Of a DNA stretch of 64,000 nt, positions 1-11,653 are shown one piece after another. The first letter of the stretch is position 1. Each line of letters begins with the position of its first letter. Source of the stretch: Escherichia coli (GTDB taxonomy: Bacteria; Pseudomonadota; Gammaproteobacteria; Enterobacterales; Enterobacteriaceae); the NCBI RefSeq assembly GCF_013315695.1, contig NZ_CP054353.1. One strand, 5' to 3'. Made by a program: the position numbers and the translations under genes. Under the pieces are notes generated by a model. The model was given only the letters and a program-made list of their open reading frames with translations, had not been told where the DNA came from and searched no databases.

Positions 1-100
1 TGAGCGTGAAGTTAACGTTATCCAACGCAACGACGCCGGGATAACGCTTATTTCCTGCCACCACTTTTGCTACCGGGACTGCTTCTGTTGCCGTGAACAT
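1..100 (-). CDS. yphE: ABC transporter ATP-binding protein, 5' end only (gene continues beyond window start)
   Basis: Minus-strand ATG at 100..98 preceded by a GAGG Shine-Dalgarno; translation MFTATEAVPVAKVVAGNKRYPGVVALDNVNFTL resembles the N-terminus of sugar ABC ATPases; position downstream of yphF fits the yph cluster. Confidence 0.55.
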   Translation of the reverse strand, partial: MFTATEAVPVAKVVAGNKRYPGVVALDNVNFTL

Positions 101-122
101 AGGGACCTCTGCGAATCAGCGA

Positions 123-1106
123 TTAGGGCAGACCATCAACGTGCGTTGCCAGCCACTGTTTACCGTCTTCCGTTTTGGTATAGAGATCGATAGGCACCTG
201 AATCACTTTTTCACCGTCGGCTTGTTTATTGATAACCTTCAAAGTTTGCGCGAAAACAGCATTGCCCATTTTCTTACCGGAAATATCCACCACCGCTTTC
301 AACACCTGATTGTTTTCCAGCTCCTGAGCAATTTCAGTGGTCATATCCGAACCGAAAACAGCAATTTTTCCGGCCTGATTTTGATTACGTACCGCTTTTA
401 CCGCGCCGAGTGTCGCTCCGCCCGATTCCCCCATAATGGCGTTGAGATCCGGCGTGGAGATAATCAGTTTTTCACCAACGGAAATCGCTTTATCTAAAAC
501 AGTCCCTTCCTGATTAGCGACTATTTGCGCGCCGGGAACGCGGGATTTTAATACTTCTTCAAATCCTTTACGTCGCTGCACACAAACTTCAAAGGCTTCG
601 CAATTGATGACGGCAATTTTCGGCTGGTCAATTTTGTTGGCAATAAAATAATCGGCGGCAGCATTACCCAGTTTTTTACCAAATTCCAGCGGATCGCCGA
701 CCAGATACGCCGAGACATATTTATCGACGCCTTTTTGATTAATACAGGTGTTGTAGCAAATCACCGGAATACCCGCTTCACTGGCGCGACGAACGGTACG
801 GCTACTGCCATTTTCAGACACTGCCGATAAAATAATGGCATCGACATTACGCGCCACGAGGGTATCAACAAAGGTACTTTCTTTCGAAATATCACCCTGG
901 GCGTTAGTTTCAATTAACTGTACCTGTACTGAAGAATCTTTTGCCGCATCCTGAACGCCCTGACGCACGCCAGCGTAATATCCCTGGGTATCAAGGTATA
1001 TTGCGCCAATGGTCATTTCTTTATCCGCAGCCCTGGCAAATAGTGCGCTACCTAATAGCGTAGCCATTAATAATAGATTACGGGTTGTTCTCATTTTTTT
1101 AGGCAT
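123..1106 (-). CDS. yphF: periplasmic sugar-binding protein of an ABC transporter
   Basis: 327-aa ORF with N-terminal signal peptide (MRTTRNLLLMATLLGSALFARA) and periplasmic binding protein fold features. Confidence 0.85.
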   Translation of the reverse strand: MPKKMRTTRNLLLMATLLGSALFARAADKEMTIGAIYLDTQGYYAGVRQGVQDAAKDSSVQVQLIETNAQGDISKESTFVDTLVARNVDAIILSAVSENGSSRTVRRASEAGIPVICYNTCINQKGVDKYVSAYLVGDPLEFGKKLGNAAADYFIANKIDQPKIAVINCEAFEVCVQRRKGFEEVLKSRVPGAQIVANQEGTVLDKAISVGEKLIISTPDLNAIMGESGGATLGAVKAVRNQNQAGKIAVFGSDMTTEIAQELENNQVLKAVVDISGKKMGNAVFAQTLKVINKQADGEKVIQVPIDLYTKTEDGKQWLATHVDGLP

Positions 1107-1202
1107 AGTGCCTCCTGTAGGGTTTTTATTTACAACGGCTTATTTTAATTATTTGAGCGTGAGCGGCAGCGCGTGCCGCTCAAATATTACAGTTAATAAG
1201 GT

Positions 1203-4200
1203 TTAGTGAACGCGGTTAAAAATAAAAGGCATCACGGTGGTGAATAATGCTGCTTTCGGCCAGGCCGGATTAATCGCCGTCAATTCAGCGCGAGCAGATT
1301 CATAGTGCGCAACCTCCCCGAGTCCCGCGGACGCCAGCATCGCCACCATCAGGCATTTTTCTTTATGCTGCTGTTGTAAATCGCCATACAGCGACAACAG
1401 GTCAGGTTGTGAAACAGCAAAGAAATCCGCCTCAATACTGGTTTTCGCCATCTCTTGCGCCCACTGTTTCATTTCACTAAACAGTTGCTGTGCGGTTTGC
1501 TGTTCACCCAGCAGTCGCAGCGCCATTCCTTGCCAGAAGAGATAATCAACCGGCTGATCGTTGTAATAACTGTGAATGTTAATGGTGCGATCGCCAGTCG
1601 CCGCCAGACGTAAACAACGCATCGCTTCAGTTTCATCACCCTGCGCGTTGGCGCATATCGCCTGCCAGAACCAGATGTCGTTATCAGTTTGCCCCGGTAA
1701 ACGGCCTTCGCTTAAATTCTCCGGATAATGCAGCGCGGCATGAAGCAGTTCGCTGGCCTGCTGCGACTCTCTGGCATCAAGATGCTGCCAGGCGCGTAAT
1801 AACTGGTTGAGGATAAACTGACTGGTGATCTTCCCTTCCCCGCCTTCCCACGGGTGGAATTTGCGCGTGGCGAGAATGTCCGCCGCTTTGTCTGCCTGCC
1901 CCGTGAGATGCCACAAATTGAGCAGTTCTGCGGTCATGTCGTCGCGTTTCAGCGCAATTTCCAGATTATTTTCCAGACGCGCCAGTCGTTTCTCCGGTGT
2001 GGCTCCGCTTAACTTATCCAGCAAATCCCGTTCGAAAAGCAGACGTGCATCCTGCGGCGCAAGCTGATAAGCATTATCAAGATAACGCGCGGCCAGCTCA
2101 TAATCGTGCTGCTTATTCCACGCATGGATCGCTAACCCGCGCCAGCCGTCGGCAAACTCCGGCGACATCTCTACGCAACGTTGCCATAAGGCAATGGCTT
2201 TGCCGTAGCTACGCTTGTTGTAGTAGAAGCAGGCCAATAAATGACGGGCAAACCAGCACTCTTCAATACTCTCCAGCGCCGCCACTTCTTCCAGCGTATT
2301 CGGGAAACGGACAAACTGTGGGAAGACATCAATGGCTTTTGCGACCAGTTCGCCGCGTTTAGCTTTCGGCAATAAACTCGCCTGCAGATAAAGCGGCAGC
2401 GTGCGCTGGCAGTCCAGTGCGTTCAGCATCTCTGCCGCCAGGGCGGGCATGCCCCAGTTAATCAGTTGCCCGGCGGTCATCAGGGCGTTAACGTCTCGTC
2501 CCTGACACAGACCGCGCCACTGCGCGAGGGCTGATTCGCTACGACCATCGAACCAGTTCAGCCACCACAGAGTGGCGTTCAGCGGATAATCGCGCAGCAG
2601 TTTCTCGCGCTGCAAACGCGCGTTGTCCTGACGACCACTTAACACCAGCAGCAGATTATGCAGGCAAAGCACTTCCTGATTGGTTGGGCAGGCGCGAAGA
2701 CTTTGTTGGCAAAAATCCAGACCAGCGTCGAAGTGACCATTACGCGCCGCCAGTCGTGCCAGACCATAATAGCCACCGGCTTTGCTGTTGCCGCTCCAGA
2801 CCGCCCGCCAGAAATCCTCTTCGGCTTGTTGATATTGTCCCTGACGTTCGTAAGCACTGGCGCGAATCAAACTGGCCTGTCCGCACTGCGGATTTTTGTT
2901 CAGCGCATGTGCGCGTTTTAGCGCCTGAGTGGCATACGCCACCGCTTGCGGGAAATCGGCGCGGTTATATTCCAGCATCGCCAGCGCCAGGTTACAGCGA
3001 TAATCCAGCGGATCCAGCGCCACGCCGCGCAGGTAGTAATCGAACGGTGAACGGCTGGCGTGATGATATTGCTCCAGATGCTGACCGATAAACCAGGCTT
3101 CATCTGTACTGGTAATGTCTTGTGCTGACAGTGGCGCTTTGGCGACGTCCGGCAACGGCAACGCTTGCGGCTGATGTTCCTGATAACTCAGTATGATATT
3201 GCCGTCGGCATCGGAGAGCTCAATGGTTAGTCTGTCAGGATTGATACCGTGCAACACGCCCTGGATGGCGGTCGCTGGCATCAGTGCCACGGCATCATCA
3301 AGTAACGCGTTGCATTTGCCGATTTCGCGGATCGCCAGGCGGTATCCGTTCAACGGAGAGATGGCATACAGCCCCCACTCAATCCCCCGCTCGCTACGCT
3401 GGAGTTTTATCACCGCATCGCGGGAGGCATTTTGCACCATGCCCAGAGAATGGTAAGGCAGGAAATACTGCTCGAAACGCTTCTCTTCGTACGCATCAAG
3501 CCAGGTAAAATCAGGCTGGTTATCGGCAAAAATACCGGTCATCAGTTCGATATATGGGCCGTTATTGTCGGTCAGGCTCTTATCCCACGCCTGGCCGAAT
3601 TCACTGTGTCCCCAGCTCCACTGTTTTTTACCTGGCGCGATGTGGTGGTTGGCAACGTGTAGCAAACCGCCATCTTCATCGTGACACCATGCGCCAACAA
3701 AATCGTACTGCGATTTTTCGGCCATATACGAAGTCGGCACTGGCACATTTTTATAGCGAGAGATGTCCACTCCGGCGGAGTAGTCCACTTTGTAGTAAGT
3801 GCCGGTGGCGATGGGGAAAGCGGAGACGGCCCGTTTGCCGTGATCAAACACCGCCGTTACATCCGGCGGGAAGACGCTCTGATGCCCTTCACCCCCTTTC
3901 ACTGCCGGGTTGGCCCACCACAAGAAATGACGCGGCGTGGCGTTGCCGTTATAGACGCGGCTGGCGATTTCCAGCGCCGCCCGGTCAGGGCGCAGGGTGA
4001 AACCTGTCATCACCTGTAAACCATGCATCGGCTCCGTTTCGCCTACCCACACCGTCTGTGCGCCGTCTTCATGGGCTTCGAGGGTGAAATCAACGGGCAT
4101 AAAGGTGGTCGGGCGATGGTGTTGCGGCCAGTTAAACTCAATCCCGCCGGAGATCCACGGTCCCAGCAGCCCCACCAGCGCAGGTTTAATGACTTCATTG

Positions 4201-4484
4201 TGATAGACAAAATCGCGCTGTTTCACTTTATCCCATGCGCGATGCACCCGACCGCCCAGTTCCGGCAGGATCATCACTTTGATGTAGTCGTTTTCCAGCC
4301 ACACCGTCTGCCAGGATTTCAGGGTTTTCTGCTCGCTCAGCGTATCGGTCACGCCGTAGGGATAAACCGCGCCGGACGATCCCTGATAAACGCGATTTTC
4401 CAGGAACATGGGATGTATATCCTGCGGCCCGGTTTCATAGGTCGGGATCTCAACGCGCTCTTGCCACACTTTTACTGGAGTCAT
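1203..4484 (-). CDS. yphG: large TPR-repeat protein of unknown function
   Basis: Long ORF (to 4577 in the track); I place the start at the internal ATG at 4484 (MTPVKVWQ...), which has a GAGG Shine-Dalgarno 7 nt upstream and leaves a normal divergent intergenic region with yphH. TPR-like repeats in the C-terminal half. Confidence 0.8.
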   Translation of the reverse strand: MTPVKVWQERVEIPTYETGPQDIHPMFLENRVYQGSSGAVYPYGVTDTLSEQKTLKSWQTVWLENDYIKVMILPELGGRVHRAWDKVKQRDFVYHNEVIKPALVGLLGPWISGGIEFNWPQHHRPTTFMPVDFTLEAHEDGAQTVWVGETEPMHGLQVMTGFTLRPDRAALEIASRVYNGNATPRHFLWWANPAVKGGEGHQSVFPPDVTAVFDHGKRAVSAFPIATGTYYKVDYSAGVDISRYKNVPVPTSYMAEKSQYDFVGAWCHDEDGGLLHVANHHIAPGKKQWSWGHSEFGQAWDKSLTDNNGPYIELMTGIFADNQPDFTWLDAYEEKRFEQYFLPYHSLGMVQNASRDAVIKLQRSERGIEWGLYAISPLNGYRLAIREIGKCNALLDDAVALMPATAIQGVLHGINPDRLTIELSDADGNIILSYQEHQPQALPLPDVAKAPLSAQDITSTDEAWFIGQHLEQYHHASRSPFDYYLRGVALDPLDYRCNLALAMLEYNRADFPQAVAYATQALKRAHALNKNPQCGQASLIRASAYERQGQYQQAEEDFWRAVWSGNSKAGGYYGLARLAARNGHFDAGLDFCQQSLRACPTNQEVLCLHNLLLVLSGRQDNARLQREKLLRDYPLNATLWWLNWFDGRSESALAQWRGLCQGRDVNALMTAGQLINWGMPALAAEMLNALDCQRTLPLYLQASLLPKAKRGELVAKAIDVFPQFVRFPNTLEEVAALESIEECWFARHLLACFYYNKRSYGKAIALWQRCVEMSPEFADGWRGLAIHAWNKQHDYELAARYLDNAYQLAPQDARLLFERDLLDKLSGATPEKRLARLENNLEIALKRDDMTAELLNLWHLTGQADKAADILATRKFHPWEGGEGKITSQFILNQLLRAWQHLDARESQQASELLHAALHYPENLSEGRLPGQTDNDIWFWQAICANAQGDETEAMRCLRLAATGDRTINIHSYYNDQPVDYLFWQGMALRLLGEQQTAQQLFSEMKQWAQEMAKTSIEADFFAVSQPDLLSLYGDLQQQHKEKCLMVAMLASAGLGEVAHYESARAELTAINPAWPKAALFTTVMPFIFNRVH

Positions 4485-4601
4485 GGTGCCCTCAATATTA
4501 ACAAGACATACTGAATTAAAAGATTTGTGGCAGTGTATTGAACAATCTGGCAATGTTTTCGCGGAATAATCACGCAATTAACTAAACAAGGTTTAGTGAA
4601 G

Positions 4602-5795
4602 ATGAGAGCCTGCATTAATAATCAACAGATTCGCCACCATAACAAATGCGTGATTCTGGAACTGCTGTACCGGCAAAAGCGCGCCAATAAATCAACGCTG
4701 GCCCGGCTGGCGCAAATTTCGATTCCGGCGGTCAGTAATATTTTGCAGGAACTGGAAAGCGAAAAACGGGTGGTGAATATCGACGATGAAAGTCAGACGC
4801 GCGGACATAGTAGCGGTACATGGCTGATTGCGCCGGAAGGTGACTGGACGCTGTGTCTGAACGTGACGCCCACCAGCATTGAGTGTCAGGTCGCTAATGC
4901 CTGTTTAAGTCCGAAAGGCGAATTTGAGTATTTACAGATTGATGCACCGACGCCGCAGGCGCTGCTGTCCGAAATCGAAAAATGCTGGCATCGCCACCGT
5001 AAATTGTGGCCGGACCGTACCATCAACCTGGCGCTGGCAATCCACGGTCAGGTTGATCCGGTGACTGGCGTGTCGCAAACCATGCCGCAAGCGCCGTGGA
5101 CAACGCCGGTTGAGGTAAAGTATCTGCTGGAAGAGAAGCTCGGCATTCGGGTGATGGTCGATAATGACTGCGTGATGCTGGCGCTGGCGGAGAAATGGCA
5201 AAATAATTCGCAGGAACGGGATTTCTGCGTGATCAACGTTGATTACGGTATTGGCTCGTCGTTCGTGATTAACGAGCAAATTTATCGCGGCAGTTTGTAT
5301 GGTAGCGGACAGATTGGTCACACCATCGTTAATCCGGATGGTGTCGTCTGCGACTGCGGACGTTACGGCTGCCTGGAAACCGTCGCCTCGTTAAGCGCAT
5401 TAAAAAAACAGGCGCGGGTATGGCTAAAATCACAACCGGTTAATACTCAGCTTGATCCTGAAAAACTGACAACAGCGCAGTTAATCGCTGCCTGGCAGAG
5501 TGGAGAACCGTGGATCACCAGTTGGGTTGATCGCTCTGCCAACGCCATTGGTTTGAGTCTGTATAACTTCCTCAACATCCTCAATATTAATCAGATTTGG
5601 TTGTACGGTCGCAGTTGTGCCTTTGGTGAGAACTGGCTTAATACCATTATTCGCCAGACGGGATTTAACCCGTTCGACCGCGACGAAGGACCGAGCGTGA
5701 AAGCGACGCAAATTGGCTTTGGGCAATTAAGCCGCGCACAGCAGGTGCTGGGAATTGGCTATTTGTATGTTGAGGCGCAGTTACGGCAGATTTAA
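4602..5795 (+). CDS. yphH: ROK-family (NagC/XylR-like) transcriptional regulator
   Basis: ORF with N-terminal HTH and ROK sugar-kinase-like motifs (CDCGRYGCLE); ATG at 4602 preferred over the upstream GTG at 4596. Confidence 0.85.
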   Translation: MRACINNQQIRHHNKCVILELLYRQKRANKSTLARLAQISIPAVSNILQELESEKRVVNIDDESQTRGHSSGTWLIAPEGDWTLCLNVTPTSIECQVANACLSPKGEFEYLQIDAPTPQALLSEIEKCWHRHRKLWPDRTINLALAIHGQVDPVTGVSQTMPQAPWTTPVEVKYLLEEKLGIRVMVDNDCVMLALAEKWQNNSQERDFCVINVDYGIGSSFVINEQIYRGSLYGSGQIGHTIVNPDGVVCDCGRYGCLETVASLSALKKQARVWLKSQPVNTQLDPEKLTTAQLIAAWQSGEPWITSWVDRSANAIGLSLYNFLNILNINQIWLYGRSCAFGENWLNTIIRQTGFNPFDRDEGPSVKATQIGFGQLSRAQQVLGIGYLYVEAQLRQI

Positions 5796-5972
5796 CTGAT
5801 ATAACAATGAGATGACTATTCTACAGAACTGCGATTGGTATATCCGCTGAAACATGATGCTGCAGATGTCACAAAGCAATTATCTGAAAAAATGAAGATT
5901 ATCAATTTTATCTTTAAAAAATCTTAGATGCCCGGTTATTATAAGTGATATTTTAAATACGGAATTATTGTT

Positions 5973-6170
5973 ATGGATAACCCTGGTCCTCTTGCTGCGC
6001 TTATGTTTGGCTTTGTTATGTTGGTGTTACTAATTTTCATGTTCGCCTTTTATTTCATTGGGCGCTCAATTAAAAATAAAATAATATCTACAATATTTAT
6101 TGTTCTCTCTACCATTTCATTAATATTGATAATTACATTTGCTTTTTTTATTATTCATATATTGCAATAA
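5973..6170 (+). CDS. hypothetical small membrane protein (65 aa, two predicted TM helices)
   Basis: ORF in a very AT-rich stretch between yphH and the glyA terminator; strongly hydrophobic translation; weak Shine-Dalgarno; followed by a stem-loop plus T-run at about 6190..6218. Confidence 0.3.
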   Translation: MDNPGPLAALMFGFVMLVLLIFMFAFYFIGRSIKNKIISTIFIVLSTISLILIITFAFFIIHILQ

Positions 6171-6235
6171 ACTTCACCTTTTTAGTCAAAAGGCTTCCCG
6201 AAGGAAGCCTTTTTTCAACAGATTAACCGTTTCGC

Positions 6236-7489
6236 TTATGCGTAAACCGGATAACGTGCGCAGATGTCGAGAACTTTACCTTTGATGCGCTCGATAACAG
6301 CTTCATCATTGATGCTGTCCAGCACGTCACACATCCAGCCAGCCAGTTCTTTCGCTTCGGCTTCTTTAAAGCCACGACGGGTAATCGCCGGAGTACCTAC
6401 ACGAATACCGGAAGTCACAAATGGGCTCTTCGGATCGTTCGGTACGCTGTTTTTGTTGACAGTGATGTTAGCACGGCCCAGAGCGGCGTCTGCTTCTTTA
6501 CCGGTCAGGTTTTTATCAACCAGATCAACCAGGAACAGGTGGTTATCAGTACCGCCGGAAACCACTTTGTAGCCGCGTTCGAGGAACACTTCTACCATCG
6601 CTTTGGCGTTTTTCGCGACCTGCTGCTGGTAAGTTTTGAACTCAGGTTCCATCGCTTCTTTCAGAGCAACCGCTTTACCGGCGATTACGTGCATCAACGG
6701 ACCGCCCTGACCACCAGGGAAAACGGCAGAGTTCAGTTTTTTGTACAGCTCTTCGCTACCACCTTTCGCCAGGATCAGGCCGCCGCGCGGACCCGCCAGG
6801 GTTTTGTGAGTGGTGGTAGTAACAACGTGAGCATGAGGAACCGGGTTCGGGTAGACGCCAGCAGCAACCAGGCCCGCAACGTGCGCCATATCAACGAACA
6901 GGTAAGCACCGATGCTGTCAGCGATTTCACGCATTTTCGCCCAGTCCACCACGCCGGAATATGCAGAGAAGCCACCGATAATCATTTTCGGTTTGTGTTC
7001 TTTGGCTTGTTTTTCCAGATCGGCGTAGTCGATATGACCGGTAGCATCGATACCGTAAGGAACGATGTTGTACAGTTTACCGGAGAAGTTAACCGGAGAA
7101 CCGTGAGTCAGGTGACCGCCATGCGCCAGATTCATACCCAGAACGGTATCGCCTGGTTCCAGCAACGCAGTGTACACCGCAAAGTTAGCCTGGGAGCCGG
7201 AGTGCGGCTGGACGTTAGCGTAGTCAGCGCCGAACAGTTCTTTCGCACGATCGATCGCCAGTTGTTCAACGATATCAACATACTCGCAACCGCCGTAGTA
7301 GCGTTTGCCCGGATAACCTTCAGCATATTTGTTGGTCAGCTGAGAACCCTGAGCCTGCATTACGCGCGGGCTGGTGTAGTTTTCGGAGGCGATCAGTTCG
7401 ATGTGCTCTTCCTGACGTACTTTTTCCTGCTCCATAGCCTGCCACAGTTCGGCATCATAATCGGCAATGTTCATTTCACGCTTTAACAT
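6236..7489 (-). CDS. glyA: serine hydroxymethyltransferase
   Basis: 417 aa from [22 protein letters not shown]; PLP-binding motifs; unmistakable GlyA sequence. Confidence 0.97.
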
Positions 7490-7817
7490 CCGCATCTCCT
7501 GACTCAGCTAACAATAAAATTTTTGGCCTTTATAGGCGGTCCTGTTGGACAACGGCGAACAGTATAACCGAATCATTGTGCGATAACAGGTCTTGACAAA
7601 GGAATTTACGCAAACGATTACCTTCAGGCTACGCAAGGCTTTGGAGAATAAAGAGCTTGCAACCGGAAACGGATTTCTTTTCAGGTTTGTGATGCAAATT
7701 TTTCACTTCATCACATTCTTTCTGAAAAACACCAAAGAACCATTTACATTGCAGGGCTATTTTTTATAAGATGCATTTTAGATACATCAATTAAGATGCA
7801 AAAAAAAGGAAGACCAT

Positions 7818-9008
7818 ATGCTTGACGCTCAAACCATCGCTACAGTAAAAGCCACCATCCCTTTACTGGTGGAAACGGGACCAAAGTTAACCGCCCATTT
7901 CTACGACCGTATGTTTACTCATAACCCAGAACTCAAAGAAATTTTTAACATGAGTAACCAGCGCAATGGCGATCAACGTGAAGCCCTGTTTAACGCTATT
8001 GCCGCCTACGCCAGCAATATTGAAAACCTGCCTGCGCTGCTGCCAGCGGTAGAAAAAATCGCGCAGAAGCACACCAGTTTCCAGATCAAACCGGAACAGT
8101 ACAACATCGTCGGTGAACACCTGTTGGCAACGCTGGACGAAATGTTCAGCCCGGGGCAGGAAGTGCTGGACGCGTGGGGTAAAGCCTATGGCGTCCTGGC
8201 TAATGTATTTATCAATCGCGAGGCGGAAATCTATAACGAAAACGCCAGCAAAGCCGGTGGTTGGGAAGGTACTCGCGATTTCCGCATTGTGGCTAAAACA
8301 CCGCGCAGCGCGCTTATCACCAGCTTCGAACTGGAGCCGGTCGACGGTGGCGCAGTGGCAGAATACCGTCCGGGGCAATATCTCGGCGTCTGGCTGAAGC
8401 CGGAAGGTTTCCCGCATCAGGAAATTCGTCAGTACTCTTTGACTCGCAAACCGGATGGCAAAGGCTATCGTATTGCGGTGAAACGCGAAGATGGCGGGCA
8501 GGTATCCAACTGGCTGCACAATCACGCCAATGTTGGCGATGTCGTGAAACTGGTTGCTCCAGCAGGTGATTTCTTTATGGCTGTCGCAGATGACACACCA
8601 GTGACGTTAATCTCTGCCGGTGTCGGTCAAACGCCAATGCTGGCAATGCTCGACACGCTGGCAAAAGCTGGCCACACAGCACAAGTGAACTGGTTCCATG
8701 CGGCAGAAAATGGCGATGTTCACGCCTTTGCCGATGAAGTTAAGGAACTGGGGCAAGCACTGCCGCGCTTTACCGCGCACACCTGGTATCGTCAGCCAAG
8801 CGAAGCCGATCGCGCTAAAGGTCAGTTTGATAGCGAAGGTCTGATGGATTTGAGCAAACTGGAAGGTGCGTTCAGCGATCCGACAATGCAGTTCTATCTC
8901 TGCGGCCCGGTTGGCTTCATGCAGTTTGCCGCGAAACAGTTAGTGGATCTGGGCGTGAAGCAGGAAAACATTCATTACGAATGCTTTGGCCCGCATAAGG
9001 TGCTGTGA
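7818..9008 (+). CDS. hmp: flavohemoglobin (nitric oxide dioxygenase)
   Basis: 396 aa with N-terminal globin domain and C-terminal FAD/NAD reductase domain; divergent from glyA as in E. coli. Confidence 0.97.
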   Translation: MLDAQTIATVKATIPLLVETGPKLTAHFYDRMFTHNPELKEIFNMSNQRNGDQREALFNAIAAYASNIENLPALLPAVEKIAQKHTSFQIKPEQYNIVGEHLLATLDEMFSPGQEVLDAWGKAYGVLANVFINREAEIYNENASKAGGWEGTRDFRIVAKTPRSALITSFELEPVDGGAVAEYRPGQYLGVWLKPEGFPHQEIRQYSLTRKPDGKGYRIAVKREDGGQVSNWLHNHANVGDVVKLVAPAGDFFMAVADDTPVTLISAGVGQTPMLAMLDTLAKAGHTAQVNWFHAAENGDVHAFADEVKELGQALPRFTAHTWYRQPSEADRAKGQFDSEGLMDLSKLEGAFSDPTMQFYLCGPVGFMQFAAKQLVDLGVKQENIHYECFGPHKVL

Positions 9009-9052
9009 TTTGATGTTGCCGGATGGAAACATCCGGCAACCCTTGACGCGGT

Positions 9053-9427
<375 letters not shown>

Positions 9428-9451
9428 CTAAACGTAACACATAACGCCAAT

Positions 9452-10786
9452 TCATTCCTTGAAATCGTTTGCATCCAGCTCGTGTCGGGAAAGCAGTTTA
9501 TAAAATTCTGTCCGGTTGCGCCCCGCCATTCTCGCCGCGTGGGTGACGTTGCCTTTGGTAATTTGCAGCAGCTTACGCAAATAGTTGAGTTCAAACTGAT
9601 TACGTGCCTCAACAAAGGTTGGCAGCGCCGTATTTTCACCCTCCAGCGCCTGCTCCACCAGCGCATCACTAATCACCGGAGATGAGGTCAGCGCCACGCA
9701 CTGTTCAATCACGTTGACCAACTGGCGCACATTACCCGGCCAGCTAGCGGTCATCAGGCGTTTCATCGCATCGGTGGAGAACGCGCGGACAAACGGTTTA
9801 TGTCGCTCTGCCGCCTGGCGCAACAGGTGATTTGCCAGTAGCGGAATGTCTTCTGTGCGCTCCGCCAGTGCCGGAATTTTCAGGCTGACAACGTTGAGGC
9901 GGTAATAGAGATCTTCGCGGAATTCCCCGCGCGCCATCGCTTTTGGCAGGTCGCGGTGAGTGGCAGAAATAATCCGCACGTCGATATCAATATCGCGGTT
10001 ACTGCCCAGCGGGCGCACTTTACGCTCCTGCAACACGCGCAGCAGTTTGACCTGCAACGGTGCGGGCATATCGCCAATCTCATCGAGAAATAGCGTACCG
10101 CCTTCCGCCGCCTGGAATAAACCTTCGCGATTGCTGACAGCGCCAGTAAACGCGCCACGCGCATGACCAAACAGCTCCGACTCCAGCAATTGCTCGGGCA
10201 ATGCGCCACAGTTAATAGCAATAAATGGTTTGCTGTTGCGCGGGCTGGCGTTGTGGATAGCCTGGGCGAAAATCTCTTTCCCGGTGCCGCTCTGGCCGTT
10301 AATCAAAACGCTAACGTCTGATTGCGCCACCAGCCGCGCCTGTTCCAGCAAACGCAGCATCAGCGGGCTGCGGGTGACAATCGCCTCGCGCCAGCGTTCG
10401 TCGGTGGCTGGCGCGGATTGTTCCAGCGCATCGTCAATTGCCTGATATAGCGCGTCTTTATCGACAGGCTTGGTGAGGAAACTAAAAACGCCCTGCTGTG
10501 TTGCTGCAACGGCATCGGGAATAGAACCATGCGCGGTAAGAATAATTACCGGCATTCCAGGCTGCACTTTCTGGATTTCAGCAAATAGCTGCATACCATC
10601 CATTTCATCCATTCGCAGGTCGCTGATGACTAAATCTACTTTTTCGCGATTCAGTACCCGTAATCCTTCAGCGCCACTTTCCGCTGTGACCACGCTGTAG
10701 CCTTCGCTGGTCAGACGCAGGCCAAGCAGTTTCAGCAATCCCGGATCGTCATCGACCAATAATAAATGCGCAGGTTTATGGCTCAT
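9452..10786 (-). CDS. glrR: sigma54-dependent two-component response regulator
   Basis: Receiver domain, AAA+ sigma54-activation domain (GAFTGA motif) and C-terminal HTH; start trimmed to [14 protein letters not shown] (444 aa). Confidence 0.93.
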   Translation of the reverse strand: MSHKPAHLLLVDDDPGLLKLLGLRLTSEGYSVVTAESGAEGLRVLNREKVDLVISDLRMDEMDGMQLFAEIQKVQPGMPVIILTAHGSIPDAVAATQQGVFSFLTKPVDKDALYQAIDDALEQSAPATDERWREAIVTRSPLMLRLLEQARLVAQSDVSVLINGQSGTGKEIFAQAIHNASPRNSKPFIAINCGALPEQLLESELFGHARGAFTGAVSNREGLFQAAEGGTLFLDEIGDMPAPLQVKLLRVLQERKVRPLGSNRDIDIDVRIISATHRDLPKAMARGEFREDLYYRLNVVSLKIPALAERTEDIPLLANHLLRQAAERHKPFVRAFSTDAMKRLMTASWPGNVRQLVNVIEQCVALTSSPVISDALVEQALEGENTALPTFVEARNQFELNYLRKLLQITKGNVTHAARMAGRNRTEFYKLLSRHELDANDFKE

Positions 10787-11489
10787 CAGGAGTGACCTCA
10801 TCGGTGGATGGCGCGGGCTTTTCACTCTCGTGCGGCGTATCCGGCGAGAAATTTCCAGCCGGTTTGCGGGTCGAGAGCTGGCGTTCAATATCAGTCAGGT
10901 TTTCCAGCTTGCGGGTGGTGAGTTCCAGTTGCTGCTGTAGAACGTGATATTGCTGGCGCAAAGTATCCAGCTCGCTGTCGCTGGACTGCTGGAGTTTACT
11001 GTAGCGTTGGCGCTCTTCCGCCAGTTGCAGTTGCAGCGCCTGACCGTCGCGCCAAAGTTGATACAGAGGGCGAACCTGTGCCGGGATCTCGGTACTTAGC
11101 GCATCAATGCGCGCGACCAGCTGGCGGCACTCATACGGCGTAATTTTGGCGTCGGCGAGCAAAATCCCTTGTTTAAAGGTATTTTGCCAGCTGCCGTCGT
11201 CATATTGGCGGGCTTGCTGACGCGACTGCGCAGGCATTAAACGATCAGCACAATCCATCGCCCGCAGCCAGTAAAGCGGATTGGTTTCGGTTGATTTACC
11301 TTGCAGCGCCCAGATGTCGCTACATTCAGTAGAAAGATAGTCAGCCAGTTGATAAACCGGAATTTTTTCTTCTGCTGGCGTATCAATGGCTGGCTTATTG
11401 TGACTCTGCACGCAACCCAGCAATGCCAGACATGGCAGCCCTGCCAGCCACAGCCGTCGGGGCAATAATCGTTGAAAAATGTGTCGCAT
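10776..11489 (-). CDS. qseG: lipoprotein of the glrK-glrR two-component operon
   Basis: 237-aa ORF with lipoprotein signal (LALLGC), between glrK and glrR and overlapping the glrR start. Confidence 0.8.
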   Translation of the reverse strand: MRHIFQRLLPRRLWLAGLPCLALLGCVQSHNKPAIDTPAEEKIPVYQLADYLSTECSDIWALQGKSTETNPLYWLRAMDCADRLMPAQSRQQARQYDDGSWQNTFKQGILLADAKITPYECRQLVARIDALSTEIPAQVRPLYQLWRDGQALQLQLAEERQRYSKLQQSSDSELDTLRQQYHVLQQQLELTTRKLENLTDIERQLSTRKPAGNFSPDTPHESEKPAPSTDEVTPDEP

Positions 11490-11653
11490 ATTCACCAGAC
11501 TTAATGCCTATCCCAGTGGGCGTAATTGTTGCAGGCAGTTTGGACATGGACAGCGCGGAGAAACCGGAGCGTACACGTCGTACGTGAGGATTTCGAGCAC
11601 TGCCCGGGGCCGAACTGGCAAATAAAATAGCCTGATGGGATAGGCTGTTAGCA

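Noticed and set aside
9452-10888. Extended N-termini in the track ORFs for glrR, glrK, tadA, rseA, rpoE, yfiC, yfiE, yfiF, yfiP, yfhH, yfhL, pdxJ, clpB and yfiM
   Set aside because: The longest-ORF starts overlap upstream genes or terminators; internal starts give proteins of the lengths expected for these families, so the coordinates were trimmed.
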